From Vicugna vicugna (lineage: Eukaryota), in the NCBI GenBank assembly GCA_013265495.1, contig MU058844.1, positions 1,901,520 to 1,965,519 on the forward strand: a stretch of 64,000 nucleotides of DNA. Reading direction: 5' to 3'. Position 1 is the first letter of the stretch. The number at the start of each line of letters is the position of its first letter. Positions 49,401 through 62,049 of this stretch are shown here, piece by piece. The notes beneath the pieces were generated by a model that saw only the letters and a list, made by a program, of their open reading frames with translations, made no database searches and was not told where the DNA came from. A program made the translations under genes and the position numbers.

Positions 49401-49900
49401 TAGCATGGATTCCCACTTAATAAGACCATTCTAATTACCACCTCTAAATAGCCAACCTGTCAGCAATAGAGACCAACAATGAGTCCTTTCATGGTTCATT
49501 TCCTTTTATGCCTTGAGAAGATCGATTGGCCACTTGGCTGCAAGTTGACTAGGTTGGGACCCTACTTTCCTAGAAAAAGCAGAGGTTTGTTACTCTAGGA
49601 AGAGACACCCATTCTAGGTGGATTTTCTGCTCCCGGTTGCAGATCATCTGCTAGCACCACTATCGAGAGGCTTAAGGGGTATCTCATCTACTGAGTTGGA
49701 ATTACACACAAAACTATGCAGTGAAAATCCACTTCACAGAGAAAAGGGTACAGGAGGGAACCATGAAAATGGAATCCCTGGTTGTATTGCATGCCACGCT
49801 GTCTAGATGCTGCCAGCCTGATCAATAGAGCATTGGAGTGACCTGCTGAAGGCTGACACTGAAGCATGGGCTTGGAGGCAATGCTCAGCAAATACTGTGT
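46440..49900 (+). mobile_element. Decayed ERV-L internal region (gag-pol relic); possible 5' LTR at about 45870-46440
   Basis: RT/connection PTTKKEAQ (about 48225-48248); RNase H VRKYMDSW..ANWLGIW (ORF 49052; compare ERV-L YTDSWAVANGLAGW); integrase-like CAAGTTGACTAGGTTGGGACC (about 49541; compare QVDYIGP). AATAAA at about 46401 lies in the putative LTR. Confidence 0.85.
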
Positions 49901-50031
49901 GCAGGCTGAACGGACTACCAAGCCTGGCCATGGATGAGGCCCTGAGGCAGAAAGGCTGAGGGTAGCATGTCTAGTGCTTGAGTTGTGATGCTGTCAGCAT
50001 CCTTAAAATGGCCAAAGTCAGAGGTGGGCTT

Positions 50032-50927
50032 TGAGAAAATAGAAAATATATATATTGTTTTCTGTCCCCAGTTCCTGGAACAGAACTCCTTAAACTCTTT
50101 TAATTTCCTAAGTGATAATAACATACACAGGAGCATCTTATGTTCTAATATTTGGTCTTTGACCCTGGTACCTGACATAGAGCTTCTTAGTCCCTTGGAT
50201 TTCCTCGGTGACTGGAGTATCCTTTGTTCTGGTGAGATGACTATTGGAGAGCCTCCTTGGTGGGGGCTGGTCACCAGGAGGGCCAAACCATGATTAGAAG
50301 CTTGAATTTTCAGCCTCATACCCTATTCTCCAGAGAAGGGAGAGGGATTGGAAATGGAGTGAATCATCAATCATACCTACATGATGAAATCTCCATAAAA
50401 ATCCCCAAAGTACAGGATTGGGAGAGTTTCAGGTCTGTGAACCCATGGAGATGCTGAGAGAGCTCAGTTCCCCTTCCCTTTGTCCTACTCATCTCTTCCA
50501 TTTGGGTGTTCACCTGAATGCTTTATCAGATCCTTATATAATAAATTGGCACACAGTAAGTAAACTGTTTTCCTGAATTTTGTGAGCAGCTCTAGTAAAT
50601 TAATTGAATCTGAAGAGGGAGTTGTGGCAACCTCTGATTTAGCACCTACCAGTCAGAAGCAGAGGTAACCACCTGGACTTCTAATTGGCATCTGAAGGGA
50701 AGGAGTGGGAGGATCAGTCTTGTGAGACTGAGCCATTAACCTGTGGGATCTGACGCTATCTGCAGGTATAGTGTCGGGATGGAATTAAGTTGTAGGACAT
50801 CCAGCTGGTGTCCCAGAGTTGCTTGGTGGGTGAAAAACCCCTCCCATCTGGTATCAGAAATATTGTGAGGGTGGTAATAATGTGAGAGTAAAGGGGAAAC
50901 ACGGGAGTTGTGCAGGTTTTCTTTACG
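50032..50927 (+). mobile_element. MER21-group solo LTR, near full length
   Basis: TGTCCCCAGTTCCTGGAACAGAACTCC..TTGGTCTTTGACCCTGG..GGTCACCAG..CCATGATTAGA..ATAATAAA..TGTGGGATCTGACGCTATCT..GGTATCAGAA. Confidence 0.88.
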
Positions 50928-51165
50928 TGGGTTCAGATGACATAACATGTGACACCAGGTGTTTGCATCAAACTCAGTCCACACTTGAGTTCCTACTCTC
51001 TGTCATGAAAATAACATGTCCCAGAAAGTGACTGCTTCTTTTGTCTGGGTCTAGAATGATAAGACCTAAGGAGCAAGATCTAGTTGAGCCCTGGTCCTCA
51101 AGTAACATAGACAAATCTAAATGCTTATGTTATAAGCCACTATGACATTATTTTAGAACTGCTAG
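50928..51165 (+). mobile_element. MaLR (MLT1-type) LTR 3' part
   Basis: ATAACATGTCCCAGA..GCTTCTTTTGTCTGGGTCTAGAATGA..GCTTATGTTATAAGCCACTA. Confidence 0.6.
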
Positions 51166-52302
51166 TTATTTCACCCACAATTGAATGATTTATCAACCAA
51201 TGTTGGAGTAAGGTTTATCATATAGGTTCATTATCTTATTCTTTCTGTTTTTCTCATTTTAGTGCCAGAAGGAAAAAATTAGTAGAAGGCTCACTTTTGC
51301 CACTCATAGTAATGTAGAATTTTCATTATAAAAATCATGAATAATGGGCATTTCAAATTTCTACTTTACTGCTTTTTATAGTTTTACCTAAGAAGACTGT
51401 ATTACTATGCCATGATACTTCCAACTTGAAAAGTATTTCATAAAGAGTATTCTAGAAAGTTTATCTATTTAAGACATACTATCTCTAAGAACAAATTTAA
51501 AATACATAATAAAGGCCTTTGAACAATCAATAAAGCATTTCAAAGGTTATTATTTTTGCAGACTTGGGAATTTTTTTCATTGTAAACCTCTTCAAAATAC
51601 ATTTTTATGAAGAAAAACACTCATTTAAAGTCAATAATGTGAAACAACTTTTTATTCATTTAATAGTATTTAAAATACTAAAAAAAAAACTTAGCCAATT
51701 ATAATATTAAGAAGTTAAGGCACTAATTCAAGTGATAGCTAATAAATCTGCACTCACAGAGTAAACCAGAACATAGTAGATGGCACAGGATTTTATAGAG
51801 TATTTCAACCTGCTTCTTAATAAGATACAATTTGATGATCATCACAGAAACTACTCATTATCTACGTATGAAATTTAAGTGGATAGCAATGTTACTTATT
51901 CCTTCAAGCACTAAATAAGAAAAACAACATAAAATGCCATTGAGTGATCTGAATATGTCTTTCCTGTAAGGACAAGGAAACTTTTAACAGAGTTGTTTTT
52001 CCAGTTGCTTTCATCAGATTAAAGTGGCTTCCCACTCTCCCCTATACTCTTTCAAAATCTTGTGACTTAGGTTGAGGCCAAATTTAACATGTCTAAATAC
52101 TATTTAAGACCTGGGGAGAAACAATCAAGCAGAAACTTTTGCTTAATGTCCCAATGCACTTGCAGTTTCAAGTTTGAAATCCACCCCAGCTGCTTGAAGT
52201 TCGGCTCATACAGATTTCCCATGGTCACTGCTCCTGAGGAATTATTTTTGGTCCTTATTTTCCATCTCCTTTTCTCTCTATAGAGTCTTTCTCCTGCCAT
52301 AC

Positions 52303-52413
52303 ACACACTAACTAGTCCTAGTTTTCCAGGGACTTTCCTGGTTTTAGAACTGGAAATCCAGTATCTTCAGAAACCTCTGAGGCATGGGAAAACTAAAACA
52401 GTGGGTCACCCTT
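52303..52413 (-). mobile_element. MER81 (hAT-Blackjack MITE)
   Basis: GTCCTAGTTTTCCAGGGACTTTCCTGGTTTTAG...GGGTCACCCT. Confidence 0.75.
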
Positions 52414-55259
52414 ATCCTGTCCAGCTCCAATCCTGTTATTCCTGTTACCCAATTTACCTCTATTGGTAAAACCTGCAGGGGTGTAAGCAGGGAAAGGAGG
52501 GAAGAACAAGTGAGGATATGAGAATGAAAATAATAGAGAAGTTTAAAAATGAATTAGGAATAGGAAGGAATGGAGGTCAAATTCCACCATGTTAAAGATG
52601 AGTACCCTCCCCTGGACAGCTCGACTCCTCATTCCCATTGTCTACTACATTTGGTCTGGTAGCTTCTTCTGCCCACCCCTCCCCATTCCACCTCACCCCT
52701 CGCTTTCTGAAAGAGGTGGTTGAGAACATTAACCCTGATCCAAATTCTGGGATCCAAATTCTGCCACTACCACCTGAGAGCTGTGTGCAGCTGGCTTGAC
52801 CTCTGTGTCCTCATAAACTCTGAATGAAAGTAACGCCTATCTCTGAGTTGTTGCTAAAGGAGTTAATATATGTAGAGCTGAATAATTCTCTACATTATTA
52901 CTTTTTTCCAGCTCAAGAGTCCAAAACAAAAAGTAGTCAGAAGCCCTAGCACTTCATGCCAGGCTCTGATGGGCAGGCCTGCATTTCTCACCACCATATA
53001 GCACTGTTTCAGTGGGTTCTAAGCAACTTATACATAAACTCTTGGGAAAGAACCTGCTCATAAGCATGAGATTGCCTGTAGGTCAGGTACAATTTATATT
53101 GCACTTGTCACTCTCATGCTTTGTTGCTGGAGCTGATTGTATCTGAGAACAAAAATCTGGCATAAGCCATTGCTCATGCATTTTTAATTTATGGACTCAA
53201 GAGTCTGGAATAACATTCAAAGTCACAGATGCTTATCTGAACCAAACCCAAAATATTTTGAGTTTTTCATATCAGTCATAACCATCAGAGGACTATAAAA
53301 AAAGAAAAAGAGCCTTTTGCCAAAAAAAAAACCCAAGTATAATTTACTTTTAATATTTAACTTGAGAAAAACTATCTCTAAATTTACAGATTATATCACA
53401 TGTGTATAGATAGATTCAAATGTATTTTTGCCTCAAAGAAACTTGTATTAAAAATATGAACCCAAAATAATGAATAGGCTCCTTAAAGGGATTCACTCAA
53501 TTATTTCAGGACATTTATAACCTACAAAATTTTAAAAATTTCTTACAAGGGCACAATTTCTAGGTATTAGAGAGGAAACTCCAGGGTACTTGAGATGGAA
53601 CTTGGGATATTAGGAATAAAGGGAAGTTTTCCAGGTGCTTTGGAAGATAATTCTAAATAATTCTAGTGGTAAACTAAAGCAATATGTAGCTTAGAACACA
53701 AAGCTAGCTGTATAAAACAGACAGATACACATTATGACAGATATGGCATAAAATTAGTGGAGGTCCAGTTCACACAGCTAAATAAATTTTACGGGATAAG
53801 GGAGGTACAACTACAGAGTGACTCCAGAAAGTGGAGGCTTTCTATTACTAATGACCAGTTGAAGAAAGAAAGCAGCTTTGACTTCCTGTGAGGGATACTT
53901 CTGGCCTCTAGAAAGGGGAGGAAAGTAGTGTCCTCTGTGCTTTTGATCCAGCTTCAGAGTTGCACTGGCAAATAGAAGAGGGTTTTTGCTTTCATCCTTC
54001 TTCTCCTCTCTTCTGCTCTCACAGAGCACTCTGAGGATGGCACAGGAACAGCTGTCAGGGCTGGGGCTTGAGCAACTCAGCAGCTGATAGGCACAGGGAG
54101 ATAAGGCACAGATAGCTCTCACAGCCTCTTCTACTGCAACCACTCATACTACTTCTAAAGTAAGCGCTGGACACTCCCTTACGGTTGTGTAAGGACGCAG
54201 TTGGTGATGAATTCCTTTAACAGGCTTTGGGCCAACGTGATAAAGCCAAGACTATAAAATTCACAAAAGTACTGCAAGAGAACAGGACCCACATTCTTTC
54301 TAGACATGGAATGTTGAAAAATACATATACTCAATCCTCAACGGACTTAGTTGTTTAGGAATATCATTCCTAGGTTGATTTTTTTCCCCCTTGGAGACTG
54401 TTTTTAAGTGAATGCAAAACAAACAAACAAACAAACAAAAAGGTTTACTACCTCTCTAGTTTTGGTATTATTTGTTAGGAGAATAGGATGCTCCTCTCAG
54501 CAGACTCCCTCTCTTCCATTCACATTCTATGGCAAAAAATTTGTTAAGGCTCATAAATGCTGTTAGGACAATTAATTAACAAATGCAATATTTTATGGCT
54601 ATGCATTTCCTTAAATAGGTAACTCAAAGAAATATTGCTCCTTGATTACACCTGGTCACACAATCGAAGTATTATTCCATTTTTAAAATGAGATGTCTGA
54701 TTTACTTAGGTCTTCTATGTCATATCAAGAATAAAGTTTAACTAAGGCTTCATTCAATAATCATTTACCAGAAAAGCTATAGTGAAGACAAAAATGCACT
54801 GAAGCTGTAGTTTTCTGTGAGAACTTGTAAATAATGCATTTATAATCTATATTTCCTTTGTCAACAGTGTTACGGACTTAGTAACCTGTACAGGTTTTCT
54901 ATGTAACAGGTTAATATGTGTGTCTTTGTGTCTTTCCTACAACTTTGAGCCTATGAAGTGTCACGCCATCTGTGAATTGTCACCTGCTCAGTAAAGCCAG
55001 TTTAAAACCATGGGATGGTTCAAGGGTGCCTATGTGTTACATAACATTTCCAGTTATTGTAGCAACATTTTGTCCTATACAGCATTTCAGTTCCTTGTGA
55101 AGTAATCTGTATTGTTATGGGATGCTTTGTCCCATAGTGATGACAATGAACCATGCTTAAGTGCTTCAAACACTGACTCCCCATTCCCTTTTGTCCTACC
55201 TGAAAGACACCTACCAAGCCCATTTTCTCCTTTCATTTAAGATTAAAAGGGGGAGGATA

Positions 55260-56160
55260 TGCTGAAGAGGTCCGTTAGCTGTGCAACAGTGACGTCTAGA
55301 GGCGCAATGCCTTGATGGTGGCGAAAACCTCCCAAACTTCAATGCTTTTGCCTCAAATCGTCTCGCATTATTCTGCTTATCTGAGAGCTGTCACAGCATT
55401 TACCAAAAACTGTCTTTACTTTGAGAACGTAGGATATTTTTGATGCCTAGAAACCAAACTCCAAAGTTTCGGAAGCTTTATTACCTACTCTCTCTCTGTT
55501 TTCTCTTTGTGTGATTTAAAGGAATCGTGGATAAGTTGCTTTCTATTCATCAGCCAACCAGCGTAATACACATTTGTGCATAGTCAGAACACAACGCCTT
55601 TGATTTGCTTTGTCCTTAGGTGGAGGAAACGCTTGGAAAACAAGTTAAAATATAAGGAAGCAGAAAAGAAAAAAAAAAAAAAGGAATCCTAGCGCTCTTG
55701 CTTTTCTGGGTTTGCAAATGTGTGTAGCTCAGGCACCAGATGATTCATCCCCTGAAAGCCTGAGCGCTCCATTTGTTTTGTAGATTTCACTACCCCTCTT
55801 TGTTCTGCTTCAAACCTTTCAGAGGGCTGAAATGCATTATTACCTTGTTAAATCTCAACCAAAATCATTTCTACAGCCTGAAGCTGTTTTGACGTGGGTA
55901 GAGCATCTCACACACAAAAGAATTGCTTTTGTTCCCAGAAGCTCTCATAGGCTGGGTGGCCTTTGCACCGAGCCAATCAGAAGCTAGTTGTTAGGCTTGG
56001 CTGGCTATTTTTAGCCTCACTCACAAAAAATACTTGGTCTTGGAGAGGGTAGGCTGCAGAATGAACGTAGCATAGTTAAAGCAAACAGAAAAATACATTT
56101 TGCATGTCATGGCGTGTTTGGCATTTTTCCTTTAATTACTCATTCGCTGTTATATTAGCA
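55260..56160. promoter_or_regulatory. Candidate promoter/enhancer
   Basis: 19 CpGs counted in 900 bp of unique sequence; TGACGTCT 55290, TGACGTGG 55890, AGCCAATCAG 55971, CTATTTTTAG 56005. Confidence 0.5.
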
Positions 56161-56972
56161 TGTGTTTTTGTAAACAGTAAATTTAGGAATAGAACTGCAT
56201 TCCCAGATCTGAGTTATCCTTGTAGCAAAGAGGCAGAAAGTCTAAGAAACAGTCAATTTTTCGTTTTTTTAATCCAAAAGAATCTAGTTATTTCACAAAC
56301 ACACAGAAATGCCAGTTATCATATAGAAAATACTGAGGGTTTTTCCCCCCAAAATTCCTATGAATTTTCATTTTGAGTTAATAGAAATTTTCAATGACTT
56401 GCTCATCATGAATTATAAAGTCATAAAACCATCCTTTTCCCTTGACCTTTAAAGATGTACATAATTGTCCAAATGAGTATGCACATGGTGTGCAGCAATT
56501 AAAATCATAAATATTCAGTGTGTTTTATGTGTGGAGGTAAAGCAGTCTTTTGATCGTGTTCTTTCATTTGAGCCATTACTCAGTAAGCACAAGAAGTATT
56601 TTTCCCAAATGCACTTGAAGTGACAAAGCGTTAGAACACACAGTTTGCTAATTATCCAGTATTACCAGGAAATGAAAGTTGCCAAATGGATAAAGTTGGG
56701 CCCTAAAGTATGGTTCCATCAGCCATCCATTTAACTGGGCAAGAAGAAGGCAGAGCCAAACTGAACCAAAATTTCATAACATAAGGCAATTTTATTAGCA
56801 GGAAAGTAGACCTCTTCCTAAGGGAGAAAAAGAAAAAGGACCAACTCTATGTCTAATTCTTAAAAATATGTTTTGGGTTGTGGATTTTCCCAACATTTAT
56901 TACTCAGGCTTGGACTGTGACTTCACTTGTTGTTTGCTTGTTTTACAAAAAATCCCTTTTTACTTTTGGTTG

Positions 56973-57491
56973 TGTTACCAAATCCAAACTCATTCTGCTT
57001 ACTGAACGATAGGCCAATAAATTGAGAGATGAGGTGCTGGGACAAGGAATAATGACTTTATTTGGAAAGCTGGCAGACCCAGAAGATGGCAGACCAATGT
57101 CTTGGTGAACCATCTTCCCCAGGTCAGAATTCAGCTCCTTTTACACTAAAAAGGGGAGGAGGTGTGGTTGGTTGGTGCAAATTTCTTGGTGTCAGAATCC
57201 TTTTTTCTTGCAGTTCTCCATGTAGGTTAGGTCATGGTGTCCCCGTAAACTTCCAACAAGACAAATGTTATTTTCTATTTTGCAACTTTTTATCTTTATA
57301 TGAATGGGAAAGTATTATCCCCTTAAAGATCAGTGCCTTAAAAAATAGGCTATCTTGTATATTTCAGGCTATAGGTAACATTCTTCTACAAAAGGTACAG
57401 AACCAGCATGACTAAGCACAGGAAACAGAGCACAGGTTAGAGCCAAAGGAGCAACTTGGATATGGAGTCAGATTTGTTCTTCCCTCCTACA
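56973..57491 (-). mobile_element. ERV1-class solo LTR with 4-bp TSD (GTTG)
   Basis: GTTG|TGTTACC ... CCTACA|GTTG; intact TG..CA termini; antisense poly-A-signal-like ACTTTATT at about 57055. Confidence 0.9.
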
Positions 57492-60400
57492 GTTGCAAGC
57501 CATCAGAATGCCACTTAGACATATGCTGACAGGGAATGTGTATCATGGGTATATCCAGAAAACTGGAAGTCTTCAAGAAGGAGAAAATATTTAAGATCCA
57601 AGCCTGGGACTGCAGAAGTGGTTTGCTGTGGTCTGCTGTAAGGAGGGTGGCCAATATGTGGTGGGCATAAGTCACCATGAAAAATTCTACCAGAGTGAAG
57701 AGAGCACAAAGGAGTTTTGGGAGGAAACTTCCTTATTTTGAGCAGTACAGAATACAGTGTTGAGGGGAAATGTCACCTGGGTTTCTGAGGATGAATTTGA
57801 ATAGCTGAAATAAGGCACTTCGGGAAGAGTTATCTTTTTTTTCCCCCCAAAATCAATTTGGTGCACACTGGAGCAGTTTTAAAAAGACAGCTATACAATA
57901 GCTCCCAGGAGTTTTGCTAGGTTTTTGTAGACAACCAGCTGCTAACAATTTAGTTTAATATGCAGTCTTAGTAAATTAAAGGAATCTGATAAATTGAGAC
58001 CCAGCACGATTCTTATTTGTTTACTATGGCATAGCATGTTGAACCCTAGCAGAAATTAACCCATTGCCATTTTTCTAAGCAAGATCTGCTTTATTTTCTC
58101 ACTTTTCTGTGCCGGGTGTTTTAGCTCCTAAGTTGGTCATCTGAACAATTCCTTAGTTTTATACTTGTCTGCTTAAAAAATAAATACATAATAATAATAT
58201 TTTTCAAATCATGTTTATTTCTAGTTTTCTCTATGTGTTTGTGTTAAAACTCCTTGAAGACAAAAATAAATGAAACGAAATAAAACAAAAGAGTTTGCAA
58301 CTCCTTTTGTATCTTAACCTCTCTAACCTAGTATTTGGTTAGCCTTAAATCTGGATGGTATGTGTTTTGTTTTCTGTGGGAACTGAGGCATTTGTGGGAG
58401 GAGAAACATGCAAATTTGCATTTAACTGCATCTCCATGGGAATGGTGACCAGAAAAGGGAAAGGATCTTGCTAGATACCTAAAAGACAGATATTAACAGA
58501 CTGGAGAACCAAAACTTAACACTGCTTATTTCATTTTTCTGTATCTGCATATGATCCTGTTAACCTGTGATCTTAGTTGTAAAAAGTGCATGGTTCTAAT
58601 TGATGGATAATCATTCCAACATGAATTGTGAAATGTTGAAATAACTAGATTTTACCACTAAATCTTCCAAAGGTATAGAGCCACTAAGCCAGACACAATA
58701 TAACAGGTCAAATTCTGTTCTCCAACAGTGAGGTAGACGTTTTCTTAGAGTAACAGAGCTTCCTGTGTTTTTGGCAAAACTGTGAAGTATGCCTAGTTCC
58801 TCATGGGTACTCAGGCATCTCCTGCCTTCTTCTCACCTCATGAATGCAGTGCTTTCAAACTTTCTTTTAATTCTCCTTTTTGTGTAGCCTCACTTCAGAC
58901 CAAGATGACCCAATTCCCCAAACACTCCTCTCCCACCTTCCAAATATGCCAAGTAGGAGTAAATAGGAAATCCTTTTTTCTCTCTGTTTAGATTAAATTG
59001 AAAACATGGTAGCGTTTCCTAAAATTGTTCACTATCAGTTTGTGTATGTGTGTGTGGGTGTGTGTGTTACTGTGCCACTGAACACAGGTGTGTGGAACAC
59101 AAGTGTGTGTGCCACAGAACAGATTCATTGTGCTCCTGGGTTGTCATCTTTTCAATCTGATTAATTTGTGGTCTCATAGAAAATCTGTGTGAATTACGTT
59201 AGCTTTGATGAGCCCATTGTGCAGAAAGTCAGTCTGTATAAACATTCTTCTGGGCATAACAGTTCCACCTTAACAGGCTTAATAATTGCCTGTCACTTGT
59301 CTCGCATGGCCTTTTAAATATCTTGTGAATAGTTCACTGCTGGGCAGACAATTTATGCAATATTAATATGGAAACTGTAAAATATGAGAAGAAAATTAGA
59401 ATCATATGTGTAATTTACTAGATTAGTTGTGAGTAAGGTAACTTTCTACAAAATTTCCAGAATGTCAAGGAAATCAGAATCTTTAATGACATGAGGGTAT
59501 CCTAAGGTGGGACCAGGGGAAGTTTGGGGGGAAGGATTTAAGCTGAAGTGTAACTTTGTGCAAGGATGAATGTAAATTTTAGAAATTTATAATGCAGTGA
59601 AGCCTACAAATTGAAACAACAACAATTTTAAAACAAACTGTCTAAATCAACCTTTTAGCTAGAATGAGGTAAATGCTGTGGGGAAGATTTTATTGTAATA
59701 AATAATTTAGGAGTAAGTAGATGTTACTAGAAGTTATACCAACTATGAAATGAAGAAAAAGAAAAAAATCACTAATCATAGAAACAAATGAAATATGAAG
59801 TTTAAAATAAAAATAGAATGTGTAATTGGAATTTGTACTGCCTTAGTCTTCTGGATTTTATCAAAAGATATATTTGCTGGTGTTTACTCTAAAATATGTT
59901 TCCCAAATGAGAAAATAATTGTTTTTACATCATATTGTATATTATGTTTTTGAAAATAGATGTTGGAGAGTATAAAAATAGACCTCAGAGTAACAAAACA
60001 AAATCCCAATGTTCTTTGTGTTTTTAATAAAACAGAGCTTACCTTTATGGCTTTTACACTAAGGAAAAATACCAGAAAATCGTATGTAAAGGTGAGAAAA
60101 AACTTAGATGGAGTAAAAACATGTAAATAATTTTGAAGTGCTGTGTAAGTAAAGCAAATCATTTCAACAGTATGAAGGAATCTGTAAATAGTAGTTAAGC
60201 ACTGTTTTTCATTGGCCTCCACAGTAATTAATCGTGAAAATTCATCATACAGTTAGATGTGATCATTCAAAAGTTGTGTGGCTGGATGTCTGTCACATAG
60301 CTATGAATTTGACAAACCGCAAAGATTATAGAGCTCTTCAGTGAGGTCCTCCTGCCCCTCTAGAATGTATCCGGAATAAGTGAGCGGAAAGCAACAGTGT

Positions 60401-62049
60401 GAAGTGCCACTGTTAGTCATCTTCATCATAGCTGTATGCCTAAAGGGTCCTATTTACAGCTGACCCTTGCAGTGGTAGCTCGCTCCTCTTCCATGCATTC
60501 TGAAAGCCTTTGCAATTTCTAAGTGAGGAGATTTGTTGGTTACTACTGACAGAACTAACAAAAGAATGCTTTTAAATGCCCATGTCAAGCACAGACTATT
60601 GGGAAAATGCTGTGAAAATCACTTAACCTTTTTTTTCCCCTCTGTCCTTCTGTGCAATCGCTAAACGTAGAACAGCAACCCTAGTTTGTCTTGACATCAT
60701 GACTTAGGTTTGTTTTGAAAAGGCCCTTTGTTAATCAATCTGTTTTCCATTTGGGTGTGAGTACTCACATCCATGGCAAGGTCCTGCTTTGTTCCTTTGT
60801 TTACTTACTGAAGTGTTAATGCTATGCTTCCTTTGGTTAATATAATAAAATGCATGATTGAATATTTTATAGGACCCATCACAGTAGGACAGGTGCCTGT
60901 GGTGCCAGAGTGCATCCTTCAAATGAGCACATGTGCTATCCAGCAAATTACTCCTGAAAAGAGGCATATGCACAGGCTTCTTGAAAATCTCACAGCTGTG
61001 GTGCCCAGATGTTGGCTGACATGTGCCCCTGGGGTCAGCGTGGGAAAAAGAGTCATGATGCTTTGTGGTGGACTCTATATTAAACTTTACGTCAGTAGCA
61101 AAACACAGTTCAAATTGATGATGGATGAGGTGGCTTGAGAGCTGTTGAGTATTACTTTGTCACCAGTGAAAGGCATTACTCTTTACACAGTGGGCAACCC
61201 CATTAACCTTTGGGACTGAGTCTCCTTCATTAAAATCATCCCAGACTTTGTGCAAATTTTGCTTTAAATGTAGTCATTGGTATCAAAAGGCAATAAGATA
61301 ATATGGGAAACTGGACACTGAAGCATCTTCTGACAAAATATACAAGATGTAGACACTCCAGGTGTTAAAGGCTGAGAAGTACACGATGTTCATTTTAATC
61401 TTCAAACTTTCACTCAATTTGTTGAACACTCTTAGAACTAAGGAATCTGGAAGAGAAATCAAAAACCTCTAATCCAATCCATTTTAGAGCTCCCCTCTTT
61501 TTGCCATTTTTATCTTTCTTCATTTAATATCATTTCTCGGGAGTATCAGGAGTTGTATAGTATGTTCACAAATTGGATTTCATGAATTATACTGTCACCA
61601 AACAGTATACTCATAGCCCAAGGCTGATGCAGTCCACTCAGCTTGGAGAGCAAGAGAGGAAGGCTGCTCAGAGAGTCATCCCTAACATGTAGAAGGAATT
61701 TTTCTTCTGTGTTTTTTTTTTTTTTTCCCCTAGGAGAAGAAAAGGCCAGGTCCAGCAGACTACTGGTATAGCTCCTGATACAGTTAAGTTAGTTAATTTA
61801 GGCAGTAAGAAGGATCATGAATTACAAAGACCATGCAAGGAAGTGATCACAGAGCTTTCCATGATTGAGAAGGATATCCCATTTCCTACAAGAGATGTAG
61901 ATACAAAGATGTTTATAAACAGAGCCCTGTGGTGCATGTGTTGCTTCCTATTGGTTTAGGCATTTGGACTAAAAAGGGGGGAGTTGGAGAACATTCAGAG
62001 GTACACATTCCTTCCAAACTATTTCTGACTTCTCTAAGGCTACTTTAGG

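Noticed and set aside
52737..52765. GATCCAAATTCTG direct repeat and similar short duplications (e.g. about 18008-18040)
   Set aside because: Two-copy slippage duplications inside MIR relics; not an array and nothing CRISPR-like.
53811..54143. 110-aa minus-strand ORF in GC-richer unique DNA
   Set aside because: Non-ATG start, no recognisable domain and no convincing splice boundaries.
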